The position numbers and the translations under genes are program-made. From positions 43,290 through 107,289 of the forward strand of contig JBAZWW010000002.1 in NCBI GenBank assembly GCA_041660165.1: a stretch of DNA of 64,000 nucleotides, written 5' to 3'. Numbering within the stretch: the stretch's first letter is position 1; each line of letters begins with the position of its first letter. The notes beneath the pieces are model-generated. The model ran no database searches. It worked only from the letters and a program-made list of their open reading frames with translations, and had not been told where the DNA came from. This DNA is from Patescibacteria group bacterium. GTDB lineage: Bacteria > Patescibacteriota > Patescibacteriia > UBA9934. Below, one piece after another: positions 36,581 to 45,152 of the stretch.

Positions 36581-36657
36581 GGGTGTATAGCGCAGTTGGT
36601 TAGCGCGTTTCCTTGACATGGAAAAGGTCGGAGGTTCGAGTCCTCCTACACCCACCA
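36581..36657 (+). tRNA. tRNA-Val(GAC), CCA encoded
   Basis: Anticodon arm tttcc-ttGACat-ggaaa. Confidence 0.95.
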
Positions 36658-36750
36658 AAGAGTCCCACTAAACGGTGGGATTTTTTGTTTGAAAGAAACC
36701 CCGCCTTCTGCTGTAGTATAAGTGTCCCGTCAGTACGGGGCTTTGCGCAT

Positions 36751-37305
36751 ATGGTTGAATCTTCAGATGAAGAATTAGCGCAACGTTCACAGGACGGCGA
36801 TCATTTAGCGTTTGGCGTCCTGGTAGAACGGTATGAAAAGAAGCTTCTGAGCTATGGCCGGCGATTCCTCTCCCAAAGAGAAGAAATTGCTGACCTGGTG
36901 CAAGAGGTATTTTTAAAGTCGTACGCCAATTTGAAAAGCTTTGACGTTACCAGGCGGTTTTCACCCTGGATTTATCGCATAGCGCATAACGTGTTTGTGA
37001 CTGCGCTCAAGAAGCGGAAGTTTGAAGCGGTGCCGTTTTTTGATCCTGACACGCTCTTTCCGCATCCGGTGGCCAAGGAAACGGCCGATGGAGATGCTTA
37101 TGAGCAGGAACTCCGGGCTATGCTCGATAAATCCTTGAATCAACTCGACAAAAAATACCGGGAACCGCTGGTGCTGTTTTATTATCAGGAACTTGATTAT
37201 GAAGACATAGCGGACATTCTCCACATCCCCGTGAACACGGTGGGGGTCAGACTCAAACGGGGGAGGGAAGCGATGAGGAAGATGCTAGAGGCGGAAAAGA
37301 AATAA
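36751..37305 (+). CDS. ECF RNA polymerase sigma factor
   Basis: SDEELA, DLVQEVFLK, FSPWIYRIAHN, region 4 HTH YEDIADIL.IPVNTV. Confidence 0.92.
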   Translation: MVESSDEELAQRSQDGDHLAFGVLVERYEKKLLSYGRRFLSQREEIADLVQEVFLKSYANLKSFDVTRRFSPWIYRIAHNVFVTALKKRKFEAVPFFDPDTLFPHPVAKETADGDAYEQELRAMLDKSLNQLDKKYREPLVLFYYQELDYEDIADILHIPVNTVGVRLKRGREAMRKMLEAEKK

Positions 37306-37306
37306 T

Positions 37307-38035
37307 ATGGAAAATCAAACAACCCAATTTTCCTTAAAGGATTCCATCCTCGCCAAGATTGACGACGGCGGGGTGAAAATGGTTCCCAAGTGGCACTTTG
37401 TCTTCATGACGGTGATCACCGGTCTTGGCGTGGCCGTCACCTTTTTTGTGGTCCTCTTTTTGACCACCTTTGTGCTCTTTGCCCTTCATCAGGCCGGTAC
37501 GGGCGTTCTGCCGGAGTTCGGTCTCCCGGGCGTGAAAGGATTTTTCTCTGCGTTGCCGTGGATTCCGATCGCGATCGCCATTGTGCTAGCCGTTCTCCTT
37601 GAGATTCTCTTACTGCGTTACGCCTTTGCGTACAAACAGCCTCTTCTCTACTCAGTTCTGCTTGTAGCCGGGGTTATTGCGCTTAGCTCCGTCATTGTTG
37701 GTGTGGCGAAGGTGCATGAACGAGTTTACACGTTTTCTGAAGACCAGCAGGTTCCGCTCATCCAACCGTTCTACCGGGCCTTTGCCGAACCCGAAGATAT
37801 TGATATTCATCGCGGGATTATTGATGAACTCCATGAGCACAACTTCATTTTGAGAAGCATTGGCGGGCAGACGGTCATTGTAAATATCGTTCCGCAAACA
37901 CGAATTGTACCCACCACCGCCGTCCGTGTAGGCGAGTTTGTAGTGGTTTTTGGCGAGGATGAAGACGGTGTGGTCCGCGCCATTGGCGTGCATGCGCTTC
38001 CGGGCAGAGTTAGACCTCAGATGATTCGGCCGTAA
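37307..38035 (+). CDS. Membrane protein, putative anti-sigma factor
   Basis: Coupled to the ECF sigma; 3 TMs plus C-terminal beta domain. Confidence 0.6.
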   Translation: MENQTTQFSLKDSILAKIDDGGVKMVPKWHFVFMTVITGLGVAVTFFVVLFLTTFVLFALHQAGTGVLPEFGLPGVKGFFSALPWIPIAIAIVLAVLLEILLLRYAFAYKQPLLYSVLLVAGVIALSSVIVGVAKVHERVYTFSEDQQVPLIQPFYRAFAEPEDIDIHRGIIDELHEHNFILRSIGGQTVIVNIVPQTRIVPTTAVRVGEFVVVFGEDEDGVVRAIGVHALPGRVRPQMIRP

Positions 38036-39245
38036 CAGATTTCCGAGGGAATCTTTGGTTCATCACCCTCTCGATATGCCGGTATTTAGAAGGCGGAAGA
38101 AGGGCGAGCGCCAAATGAAGGGCTTCTTTTTCTCCTGATGTTTTGGTGTTATCAGACAGTGTTCGTATGAGATTTGCCGTGTCCGTAAATTTGTCACGGT
38201 ATCCATCACGCAGGAGTCTAACGTCAGGGAGAATGTTGCTTGAGTGTTCCGTGGAAAGAAATTGGTTTAAGAGCTCGATAATTTCCTGGCTATATTTTCC
38301 GGCAGTTGAAAATCTATTGCTGGCGGTCACGAATGTTTGCTTTTGATGACTTTCCCCATAGCCTTCGGCTTCTATGTTTTCCAATTCGGATAATATTTCT
38401 TCCTGATTTCCGTCAATAAGTTTTTCCGGGGTCAAATTTTTGAGTTGTTGGCTGTAGATTTTAAGTATGTCCGGCGTTTTACCAGTTTTTTCAAGATTGG
38501 TGATGCTCATGAGAAGCATTCGCAAATATTGTACGCGCGGAGCAGCCGGCAGAGAAGCTCCTTCAAGCAGATTGTGAATGCTCTCATGCCTTTTTGTTCG
38601 GCGTGATTCCTTGTCTCTTTTGATTAGGCTAACGGGAGATCGGCGGATATGCAGGCCGATGGTTTCTCCGCCTGCTGGTAGAATAGCCGAAATGACGCCC
38701 GGTTCAGTTAGGGCATATACGTTAAGGGCGTCGAATTCTAGAATGAAGTCAGAGACGGCTAGTGGTTTCTTTGGCTGTAGACGCTGGTTAACATGCGGAG
38801 CGATGTACTTCGGATGTTCCTCAAAATGCCGTGTGGTAAAGAATTTACTTGTTACGTTGTCAGCCATTTCAGCCATTATCCAGGTGAACCGAGCTTCCTC
38901 ATCTTGAGCAAGCTCTTGGAACTCATTGAGTAGTTTGGTGCTTTCTGCGGTGTTTAGTTTCTCTGTATTTAGGCGCACGGCTAAATCTGCCAGACGCGAG
39001 TATTTTAAGAGAGTTTCCGGGGATGAGGCAGAAAGTACGCGCTGGTTTTCATTTTCCATTTTTTTCGCTACGTCTTCCGGATCATCCGTTTTTTTCAGAC
39101 GCTTCACTTCCGAATAAAAAACTTCCATTAGCCGGAGTTTCTTCTCAAGATTTTCAAGGAGGTTTTCTCTTCTTTCCTCCCAAGTTTTTCCGGCTTCAAC
39201 TGCGCGGACAACGGCTGGATTCTTTTCTCGGTTATGGCCTTCCAT
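38010..39245 (-). CDS. Hypothetical protein with HExxH motif
   Basis: RHESIHNL then a downstream EEILSE; AT-richer than its neighbours. Confidence 0.6.
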   Translation of the reverse strand: MEGHNREKNPAVVRAVEAGKTWEERRENLLENLEKKLRLMEVFYSEVKRLKKTDDPEDVAKKMENENQRVLSASSPETLLKYSRLADLAVRLNTEKLNTAESTKLLNEFQELAQDEEARFTWIMAEMADNVTSKFFTTRHFEEHPKYIAPHVNQRLQPKKPLAVSDFILEFDALNVYALTEPGVISAILPAGGETIGLHIRRSPVSLIKRDKESRRTKRHESIHNLLEGASLPAAPRVQYLRMLLMSITNLEKTGKTPDILKIYSQQLKNLTPEKLIDGNQEEILSELENIEAEGYGESHQKQTFVTASNRFSTAGKYSQEIIELLNQFLSTEHSSNILPDVRLLRDGYRDKFTDTANLIRTLSDNTKTSGEKEALHLALALLPPSKYRHIERVMNQRFPRKSVTAESSEV

Positions 39246-39249
39246 ATTA

Positions 39250-40578
39250 CTAGATGGCGCTTCTGGCAAACTCAAGCGCATCCGCCTTGGTGTGAACACG
39301 GCCGGACAGTTGCTCGTTGCGGATTTTTTCCAGTAGTTGTCTGAGGTGCGGGCCCGGGGAGAGACCGAGGGAGAGAAGGTCTCGGCCTCGAACGAGAGAT
39401 TCATCGGGGGTGGCTGACAGGGATTCCTTGCGCCGTTTCGCCAAATACCAGCGTTCACGAGTGAGTGACTTCCGACCGCCTGTGACAGCCAGGGCGTGCA
39501 AAAAGAGGAGCAGATCATCGCCACGCTTCTCCTCAAAAATATGCTCAAACTGCGCCGGTGACATTTCATCCGGTGATTGTTCTTCAAGGATGTTTCGATA
39601 TTTCAGAAGGAAGGGAATGTCCGCCATCATGGCTGATCCCTCGGCGAGCAAGGGCAGGTGCAATCGTTCAAGTGTCCGCTCGAAAACTTTCTTGCTCTCG
39701 TCCTCAAACAACGCAAACATGGCGGCCATAATAACTGAACTGCTGGCGCCGTGGTCAGCTAAGTCTTCGAGTATGGTTGTAGCATGATCGAGTCCTGGAA
39801 TGTTGTGCTGATGAGCCAAGTCTTTAAGCTTGTGCAGTTCGGGAGCTAAGTGTTCGATCACCCCGCTATCCCAGAAGTGTTTAAGTGCCTCTTTTGGGGC
39901 TCGAGTGAGAGCATCAACAACTTCTCGGCCAAGCTCGGCACGGGCGATATGGTATCTGGCATGTCCAGCTTCATCACTGCTTGTCCTATTGAGGTGATGG
40001 CCGTGGGAAGTAATTGCTTGCCACGCATCATCAGCTACTCGGAAACCAAGCTCGCTTGCTAATCGCAAGAATCGGGCCATGCGAATCGGGTCTTCATGGA
40101 ACCTGTCTTCGGGTTTCCCGATCGTTCGCAACGTTCGCTCCTCAATATCCCGCAGTCCATCAAATGGGTCATGCATCACGCCGTCTCTGATGGAATACGC
40201 CATGGCGTTGATTGTTGCATCTCGCCTGGCAAGGTCATGATTGATCGGCAAAGTGTGATGCCTGGTTTCTTCGAGTCGTCTATCGCTCGCATGCCAAATG
40301 TTTGAAGCCGGCAAACGAATGTCCAAGTCCTGCGGGATGTTTCGGTATTTTTTGTACTCGGTGAGCATTACCTCTGGCATGCCGTGGACAACCAGATGAA
40401 TCCCTCGTGGCGTGCGACCGAGGACCGCGTCTCTAGCTGTGCCACCAGTTACCAAAACATCGGTCTCAGGATGTTCCTTCATGAACGGGAAAGCCCAAGA
40501 AAGTTGCGGGGAATCCGCAACAAATCTCCCGACTCTGACGTGCGCGGGAACATGGCGTGCGTAGGAAAGCGCAAGCAT
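39250..40578 (-). CDS. Class II tRNA nucleotidyltransferase/poly(A) polymerase homologue lacking catalytic DxD
   Basis: TGGTARDAVLGRTPRGIHLV, DLARRDATINAMA, DPFDG, EDPIRMAR, GRDLLSLGLSPGP. Confidence 0.85.
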   Translation of the reverse strand: MLALSYARHVPAHVRVGRFVADSPQLSWAFPFMKEHPETDVLVTGGTARDAVLGRTPRGIHLVVHGMPEVMLTEYKKYRNIPQDLDIRLPASNIWHASDRRLEETRHHTLPINHDLARRDATINAMAYSIRDGVMHDPFDGLRDIEERTLRTIGKPEDRFHEDPIRMARFLRLASELGFRVADDAWQAITSHGHHLNRTSSDEAGHARYHIARAELGREVVDALTRAPKEALKHFWDSGVIEHLAPELHKLKDLAHQHNIPGLDHATTILEDLADHGASSSVIMAAMFALFEDESKKVFERTLERLHLPLLAEGSAMMADIPFLLKYRNILEEQSPDEMSPAQFEHIFEEKRGDDLLLFLHALAVTGGRKSLTRERWYLAKRRKESLSATPDESLVRGRDLLSLGLSPGPHLRQLLEKIRNEQLSGRVHTKADALEFARSAI

Positions 40579-40590
40579 GTGTAAATTATA

Positions 40591-40656
40591 GCAGATTTAC
40601 ACAGATTAGTTTGGCACGACAGATTTAACACAGATCGCACATCTGTGTTCATCTGT
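40591..40656. repeat. Short tandem/inverted repeat (ACAGATNNACACAGAT units)
   Basis: Two direct and one inverted unit; related cluster at 48056-48100. Confidence 0.75.
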
Positions 40657-40660
40657 CCTG

Positions 40661-41803
40661 TTACTTGATCTGTGTCAATACATTCTTCAAATGCCCAATA
40701 ACATGTCGTTCAGCTTCAACAATATCGCTTTCGGAAATATTTAGCCTGGAAGACTCTTTGGTGCCGGATGCTTTGAACGGGGCGCTGAGGGCCAGGGCAT
40801 CAAGAGGTCGTTCGGCAAAAAGCCTGCCGGCTACGTAGCCGTCTTTGTGTTCGTACAGCAAAACTACTACTTTGGCTGTTGGTGTAGTTGAAAGAAGCTC
40901 TGACACAATGTCATCAAGCGCGTCATCTTTAGCAGATGCCTGGGAGAAGTCGCTTCTGGTTAAAACTGACCACACAAGCCCGATGGCTGGTTCAGATTTG
41001 AGACGGGACAAGGCTCGTCCCCACAGCTTTAGTGTTTCGACCGAGCGAGTTCGGTAGAGTTTTTCAACAATCTCTTCGCGGTCAGCGCCCTTAGCGATGA
41101 GTGCGCTGGCGGTTTCGAGGGTTTTCGGCGAAACGTTCGGCGTGCGGAAGCTCTTGGTTTTGGCAATCATGCCGGTCAGAAAAGCGCTGGCGATATCTTT
41201 GTCGATCAAATTTGGATCGAGTTTTTCGAACAGATTAAACAACGTCTCGCCAACGCTCGTAGCCCCAACGTCAACTAGGTTGAATTGTCCAAAGTGTTCA
41301 TTGCCCTGGGTGTGGTCAACGTTGATGATGGGCGTTTCAAAAAAGAAACCGGCATACTTGGTTTGCAGGGCGCCTAGACTCTTGAGGTCGCCCGCCCCAA
41401 GCGTGATCACCAGGTCATACCTGTACGCGGTGGTGGCGATTTTCACGTCATCACGCTCCCAGAATCCGCTTTTGGGCGAAATGTGAATGCGCAATTCGTC
41501 GCCGTTTTTGCTGTAGGACAGCTCATCTACCGCTGCCTTGCCAACATTGAGATGAATGGTGAGCGAGCGCAAGTTTGGCACGTCACCCTTTACCTCTTTG
41601 GTATTCTTCAAAAATGAGAGCGACTCCGGGGCCCGGCCACCGGATGAAATGATCTCCGCTTCTTTGCCGAGTTTCTTCAAGATGGCTGACAACGCAAACG
41701 CGCTCGCAAAATGATCCACATGCCCTAGCTCTGGCAACACGATGACGGGCCGTTCGGCTCTTTTCAACGCGTACAGGATTTGGTCTGGCAGGGTAAGGGA
41801 CAT
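40661..41803 (-). CDS. Degenerate DHH/NrnA-like protein
   Basis: VDHFASAFAL, INVDHTQGNEHFG, TGMIAKTKSF, LKLWGRAL; DHH replaced by DHT. Confidence 0.75.
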   Translation of the reverse strand: MSLTLPDQILYALKRAERPVIVLPELGHVDHFASAFALSAILKKLGKEAEIISSGGRAPESLSFLKNTKEVKGDVPNLRSLTIHLNVGKAAVDELSYSKNGDELRIHISPKSGFWERDDVKIATTAYRYDLVITLGAGDLKSLGALQTKYAGFFFETPIINVDHTQGNEHFGQFNLVDVGATSVGETLFNLFEKLDPNLIDKDIASAFLTGMIAKTKSFRTPNVSPKTLETASALIAKGADREEIVEKLYRTRSVETLKLWGRALSRLKSEPAIGLVWSVLTRSDFSQASAKDDALDDIVSELLSTTPTAKVVVLLYEHKDGYVAGRLFAERPLDALALSAPFKASGTKESSRLNISESDIVEAERHVIGHLKNVLTQIK

Positions 41804-41863
41804 AGAAGATAAGGGGGAACCTTATATTGGGCGGGTGAGACAGTCAAGCTTGCACTGTGTTTT

Positions 41864-41992
41864 AGGCCCTCGGGATGTCGCTGACTCTGCTCGGGCGATT
41901 TCGGTCAGTCGAACTATTTCTGAAAATGCGGTGGATATCGACTTCCCAAAAATCGCTATTCCGAGCTGTCGTCAGCAACATCCCTCGGGCCC
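41864..41992 (-). ncRNA. Unknown structured element, copy 1 (long bulged hairpin)
   Basis: Nested stems across 129 nt; homologous to 62819-62944 with compensatory changes. Confidence 0.7.
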
Positions 41993-42067
41993 GTCTCAAA
42001 TGCAAGGCCCGCCACGGAAGGACCGGGCGGGCAGGACGGGACTGCGGAGAAGGCGCGGGCGGGGTGC

Positions 42068-42316
42068 TTACCGCTTCAGCGTGATTTCTCGGCGTTCGGG
42101 ATTGATGCTGGTGTTTGGCCAGCCGGTGACTTGGTACCGCCTGACCAGCTCGGCTGATACGCGGGGGGTCAGTCGGGTCTTGCCAACGGGCAAGCTGACG
42201 ACAACCACCGTCTTGTGAGGATAATCCCTGGCCATGGCGTCATCGATTTCCGGTTCGCACTTCTTGACGGTTTGCGTTTCATCTGCCGACAACGCGTTCT
42301 CTGCGTTCATGAACAT
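42068..42316 (-). CDS. Orphan hypothetical protein (82 aa) cassette
   Basis: SD ggag, TTGACA-16-TAACAT promoter, GC hairpin 42007-42031. Confidence 0.65.
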   Translation of the reverse strand: MFMNAENALSADETQTVKKCEPEIDDAMARDYPHKTVVVVSLPVGKTRLTPRVSAELVRRYQVTGWPNTSINPERREITLKR

Positions 42317-42420
42317 GCGGTCTCCCGGTCTGATGGCGCCTAAAATGTTACGCCCGTCAAAAAGGTTGTCAATGCAAGAAGTTGCCCGCAAATCCATTTT
42401 CCACTATCCTCATGTGAGTT

Positions 42421-45081
42421 ATGCAAGAAATGCCAAAAGCGTACGAGCCTCAGGGAAAAGAAGACGCCCTTTATGAGCTGTGGCTCAAGAGCGAGTACTT
42501 TAACCCCGATAAACTGCCCAATCTCGATCAACGGACCGAGACTTTTTCAATTGTCCTCCCACCCCCGAATGTTACGGGCACGCTCCACATGGGCCATGCG
42601 ACCATGCTCGCTATTGAGGATGCGATGGTGCGTTACGCTCGGTTAAGCGGGAAGCGGACGCTTTGGATTCCGGGAACTGACCATGCCGCGATCGCGACGC
42701 AATCGAAGGTTGAAGGCATGATTTTCAAAGAAGAAAAGAAAACTCGTTATGACCTTGGCCGAGAGGTATTCCTCGATCGCGTTCGCGCGTTCGCGCAGGA
42801 GAGTCACGATACTATCGTTAATCAAGCGAAGAAGATGGGCGCCTCGGTGGATTGGTCACGTGAGGCATATACGCTCGACAAAACCAGAAATAAGGCCGTC
42901 AACGTTGCGTTCAAACAAATGTATGATGACGGTTTGGTTTACCGCGGTTATCGCGTTATCAATTGGGATCCGATTGGTCAGACCACTATTGCTGATGACG
43001 AAATAGTTTACAAAGAAACGACAGCAATGTTGTACACGTTCAAATATTCGAAAGATTTTCCGATTTCAATTTCGACAACTCGACCAGAAACTAAAGTTGG
43101 CGACACAGCAGTGGCGGTACATCCAACAGATAAGCGTTACAAGAAATTTATCGGACAAGAGTTCGCCGTCGAGTTCGCTGGCAGTAACTTGAAGATCAAA
43201 ATTGTCGGCGATGAATCGGTTGATCCAGAATTCGGAACTGGCGCGCTTGGCGTCACTCCAGCGCATAGTTCGATCGACTTTGATATTTCTAAGCGCCATG
43301 AGTTGCCGATGATTCAAGTTATTGGCGAAGATGGCAAGATGATGAAGACGGCGGGGGAGCTGGTAGCTGGCTTGAGTACAAAAAGTGCTCGGGAGAAAGT
43401 TGTGGAATGGTTGCGCGAAAATTCTTTGCTTGAAAGCGAAGAAGAATCAAAACAAAACTTGTCTACAGCCGAGCGAACTGGCGGAATCATTGAGCCTTTG
43501 CCCAAGTTGCAATGGTTCATTGGCGTGAACACAGAATTTGTTCGCGACGGAAAAAGGGTGACGCTGAAGGGACTGATGCAAGAGGCGGTGCGTTCAAAAG
43601 CGATTGACATTCTTCCCGACAGATTCGAAAAGACATATTTCCATTGGATTGATAATCTCCGCGACTGGAATATCAGCCGTCAGATTTGGTTTGGCCACAG
43701 AGTTCCCGTTTGGTATCGCGAGGTCCAGTCCCCGAGCGTAGGCGAGGGGCCTAGAGGTGGGGATTTGGTGGTCGGCGAAAGGCCAGATGGAGATGGTTGG
43801 ACCCAGGACGAGGATACGCTCGACACTTGGTTCTCTTCTGGTCTTTGGACGTTTTCGACGCTCGGTTGGCCCGATAAGACGAAGGACCTCGAGTTCTATC
43901 ACCCAACGAGCGTGCTTGAAACCGGTTACGACATCATCTTCTTCTGGGTAGCGCGCATGATTCTTATGTCTACGTATCTGCTCGGCGAAGTGCCGTTCAA
44001 GACGGTGTACCTTCACGGGCTCGTCCGTGACGAGCAAGGCCGAAAGATGAGTAAGTCGCTCGGCAACATTATCAATCCGCTCGACATGATTGAGAAGTTC
44101 GGAGCCGATGCAACTCGTCTCTCGTTGGTTCTCGGCAACACGCCGGGGAACGATCTGAAGCTGTCCGAGGAGAAGATTGCCGGCTTCCGAAATTTCACGA
44201 ACAAGTTGTGGAATATCTCACGTTTTATCCTTTCAAAATCACAATTTGTACAAATTGTACAAAATCCAATTCCTAAAACTCTCGCCGACAGATGGATCCT
44301 CGGTCGATTCTCTGAAGTAGTCGAAAAAGTAACGAAGCTTCACGAGGCTTACGATCTCTCCCTCGCCGGTGAGATCTTGCGCGAGTTTACATGGAGCGAA
44401 TTCGCCGACTGGTACCTCGAGATCGCGAAAATTGAGGGCGACAAAGATGAAATCCTGCTCTTTATCCTTGAACGCTTGCTCATCCTCTGGCACCCGTTCA
44501 TGCCATTCGTGACCGAAGAGATTTACAAGAATTTTGATAAAGGCCTCATCATGGTGGCCAAGTGGCCGAGCGATGTGAATTATGCGCTCGCCGATGATGA
44601 TAAGAAAACCATGACCAGCCTGCAGGAAATTGTTGGCGCTATCCGCAATGTTCGTTCCGAACGCAAACTCGATACTAAGAAAGAACTTGGCGTGGCCATT
44701 CTCTCTGGCGGAAAGGGGCTGGTGAGCGAGGGGATGATCGAAGGAGTGAAACCGCTGTTTCCGATTATTGAGAAACTCGGTAGAACATTACCGATTAAAA
44801 CTGAAGACCAGGAGGGGACAGTCAAGGTGATCGCTGGCGGATTCACCGTGGCCATTTCGCTTGAAGGCGTCGTTGATGTCGCCAAGGAGCGCGCTCGGTT
44901 AGAAAAAGAACTTGATCAAACAAAGACGTACGTGGCGAGTATGCTTGTGAAGCTGTCCAATAAGGACTTTGTGGCTCGCGCCCCAGAAAATGTTATTGAT
45001 CTTGAGCGTGACCGCCTGGCCCAGGCCGAAAAGAAGGCTGAGGCGCTTGAAGCGGAACTTAAAGCGCTACTTGAGGCATAA
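42421..45081 (+). CDS. valS: Valyl-tRNA synthetase
   Basis: PPPNVTGTLHMGHA, TTRPET, DWNISRQIWFGH, KMSKS, C-terminal coiled coil. Confidence 0.97.
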   Translation: MQEMPKAYEPQGKEDALYELWLKSEYFNPDKLPNLDQRTETFSIVLPPPNVTGTLHMGHATMLAIEDAMVRYARLSGKRTLWIPGTDHAAIATQSKVEGMIFKEEKKTRYDLGREVFLDRVRAFAQESHDTIVNQAKKMGASVDWSREAYTLDKTRNKAVNVAFKQMYDDGLVYRGYRVINWDPIGQTTIADDEIVYKETTAMLYTFKYSKDFPISISTTRPETKVGDTAVAVHPTDKRYKKFIGQEFAVEFAGSNLKIKIVGDESVDPEFGTGALGVTPAHSSIDFDISKRHELPMIQVIGEDGKMMKTAGELVAGLSTKSAREKVVEWLRENSLLESEEESKQNLSTAERTGGIIEPLPKLQWFIGVNTEFVRDGKRVTLKGLMQEAVRSKAIDILPDRFEKTYFHWIDNLRDWNISRQIWFGHRVPVWYREVQSPSVGEGPRGGDLVVGERPDGDGWTQDEDTLDTWFSSGLWTFSTLGWPDKTKDLEFYHPTSVLETGYDIIFFWVARMILMSTYLLGEVPFKTVYLHGLVRDEQGRKMSKSLGNIINPLDMIEKFGADATRLSLVLGNTPGNDLKLSEEKIAGFRNFTNKLWNISRFILSKSQFVQIVQNPIPKTLADRWILGRFSEVVEKVTKLHEAYDLSLAGEILREFTWSEFADWYLEIAKIEGDKDEILLFILERLLILWHPFMPFVTEEIYKNFDKGLIMVAKWPSDVNYALADDDKKTMTSLQEIVGAIRNVRSERKLDTKKELGVAILSGGKGLVSEGMIEGVKPLFPIIEKLGRTLPIKTEDQEGTVKVIAGGFTVAISLEGVVDVAKERARLEKELDQTKTYVASMLVKLSNKDFVARAPENVIDLERDRLAQAEKKAEALEAELKALLEA
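43724..43763 (+). repeat. REP-like element (family A) in-frame in valS
   Basis: tccagtccccgagcgtaggcgaggggcctagaggtgggga. Confidence 0.75.
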
Positions 45082-45093
45082 TACGCTCGCAGA

Positions 45094-45127
45094 CTCCCCC
45101 TTAGCCCCCTCTTGGAAAGAGGGGGAG
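45094..45127. repeat. C-rich/G-rich REP-like element (family C)
   Basis: ctcccccttagccccctcttggaaagagggggag. Confidence 0.65.
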
Positions 45128-45152
45128 CGCACCTGATACAAAACGCACCACT

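Noticed and set aside
36695-36720. ECF autoregulatory promoter (GAAAC..GTATA)
   Set aside because: Plausible, but spacing and consensus are imperfect and there is only one instance
40591-40656. ACAGAT repeats as a mini CRISPR array
   Set aside because: Units are too short and irregular, one is inverted, there are no spacer-sized unique segments and no cas genes
44240-44268. Short tandem 9-mer (aatttgtac/aaattgtac) in valS
   Set aside because: Only about two units and no second copy in the window; cannot be distinguished from chance
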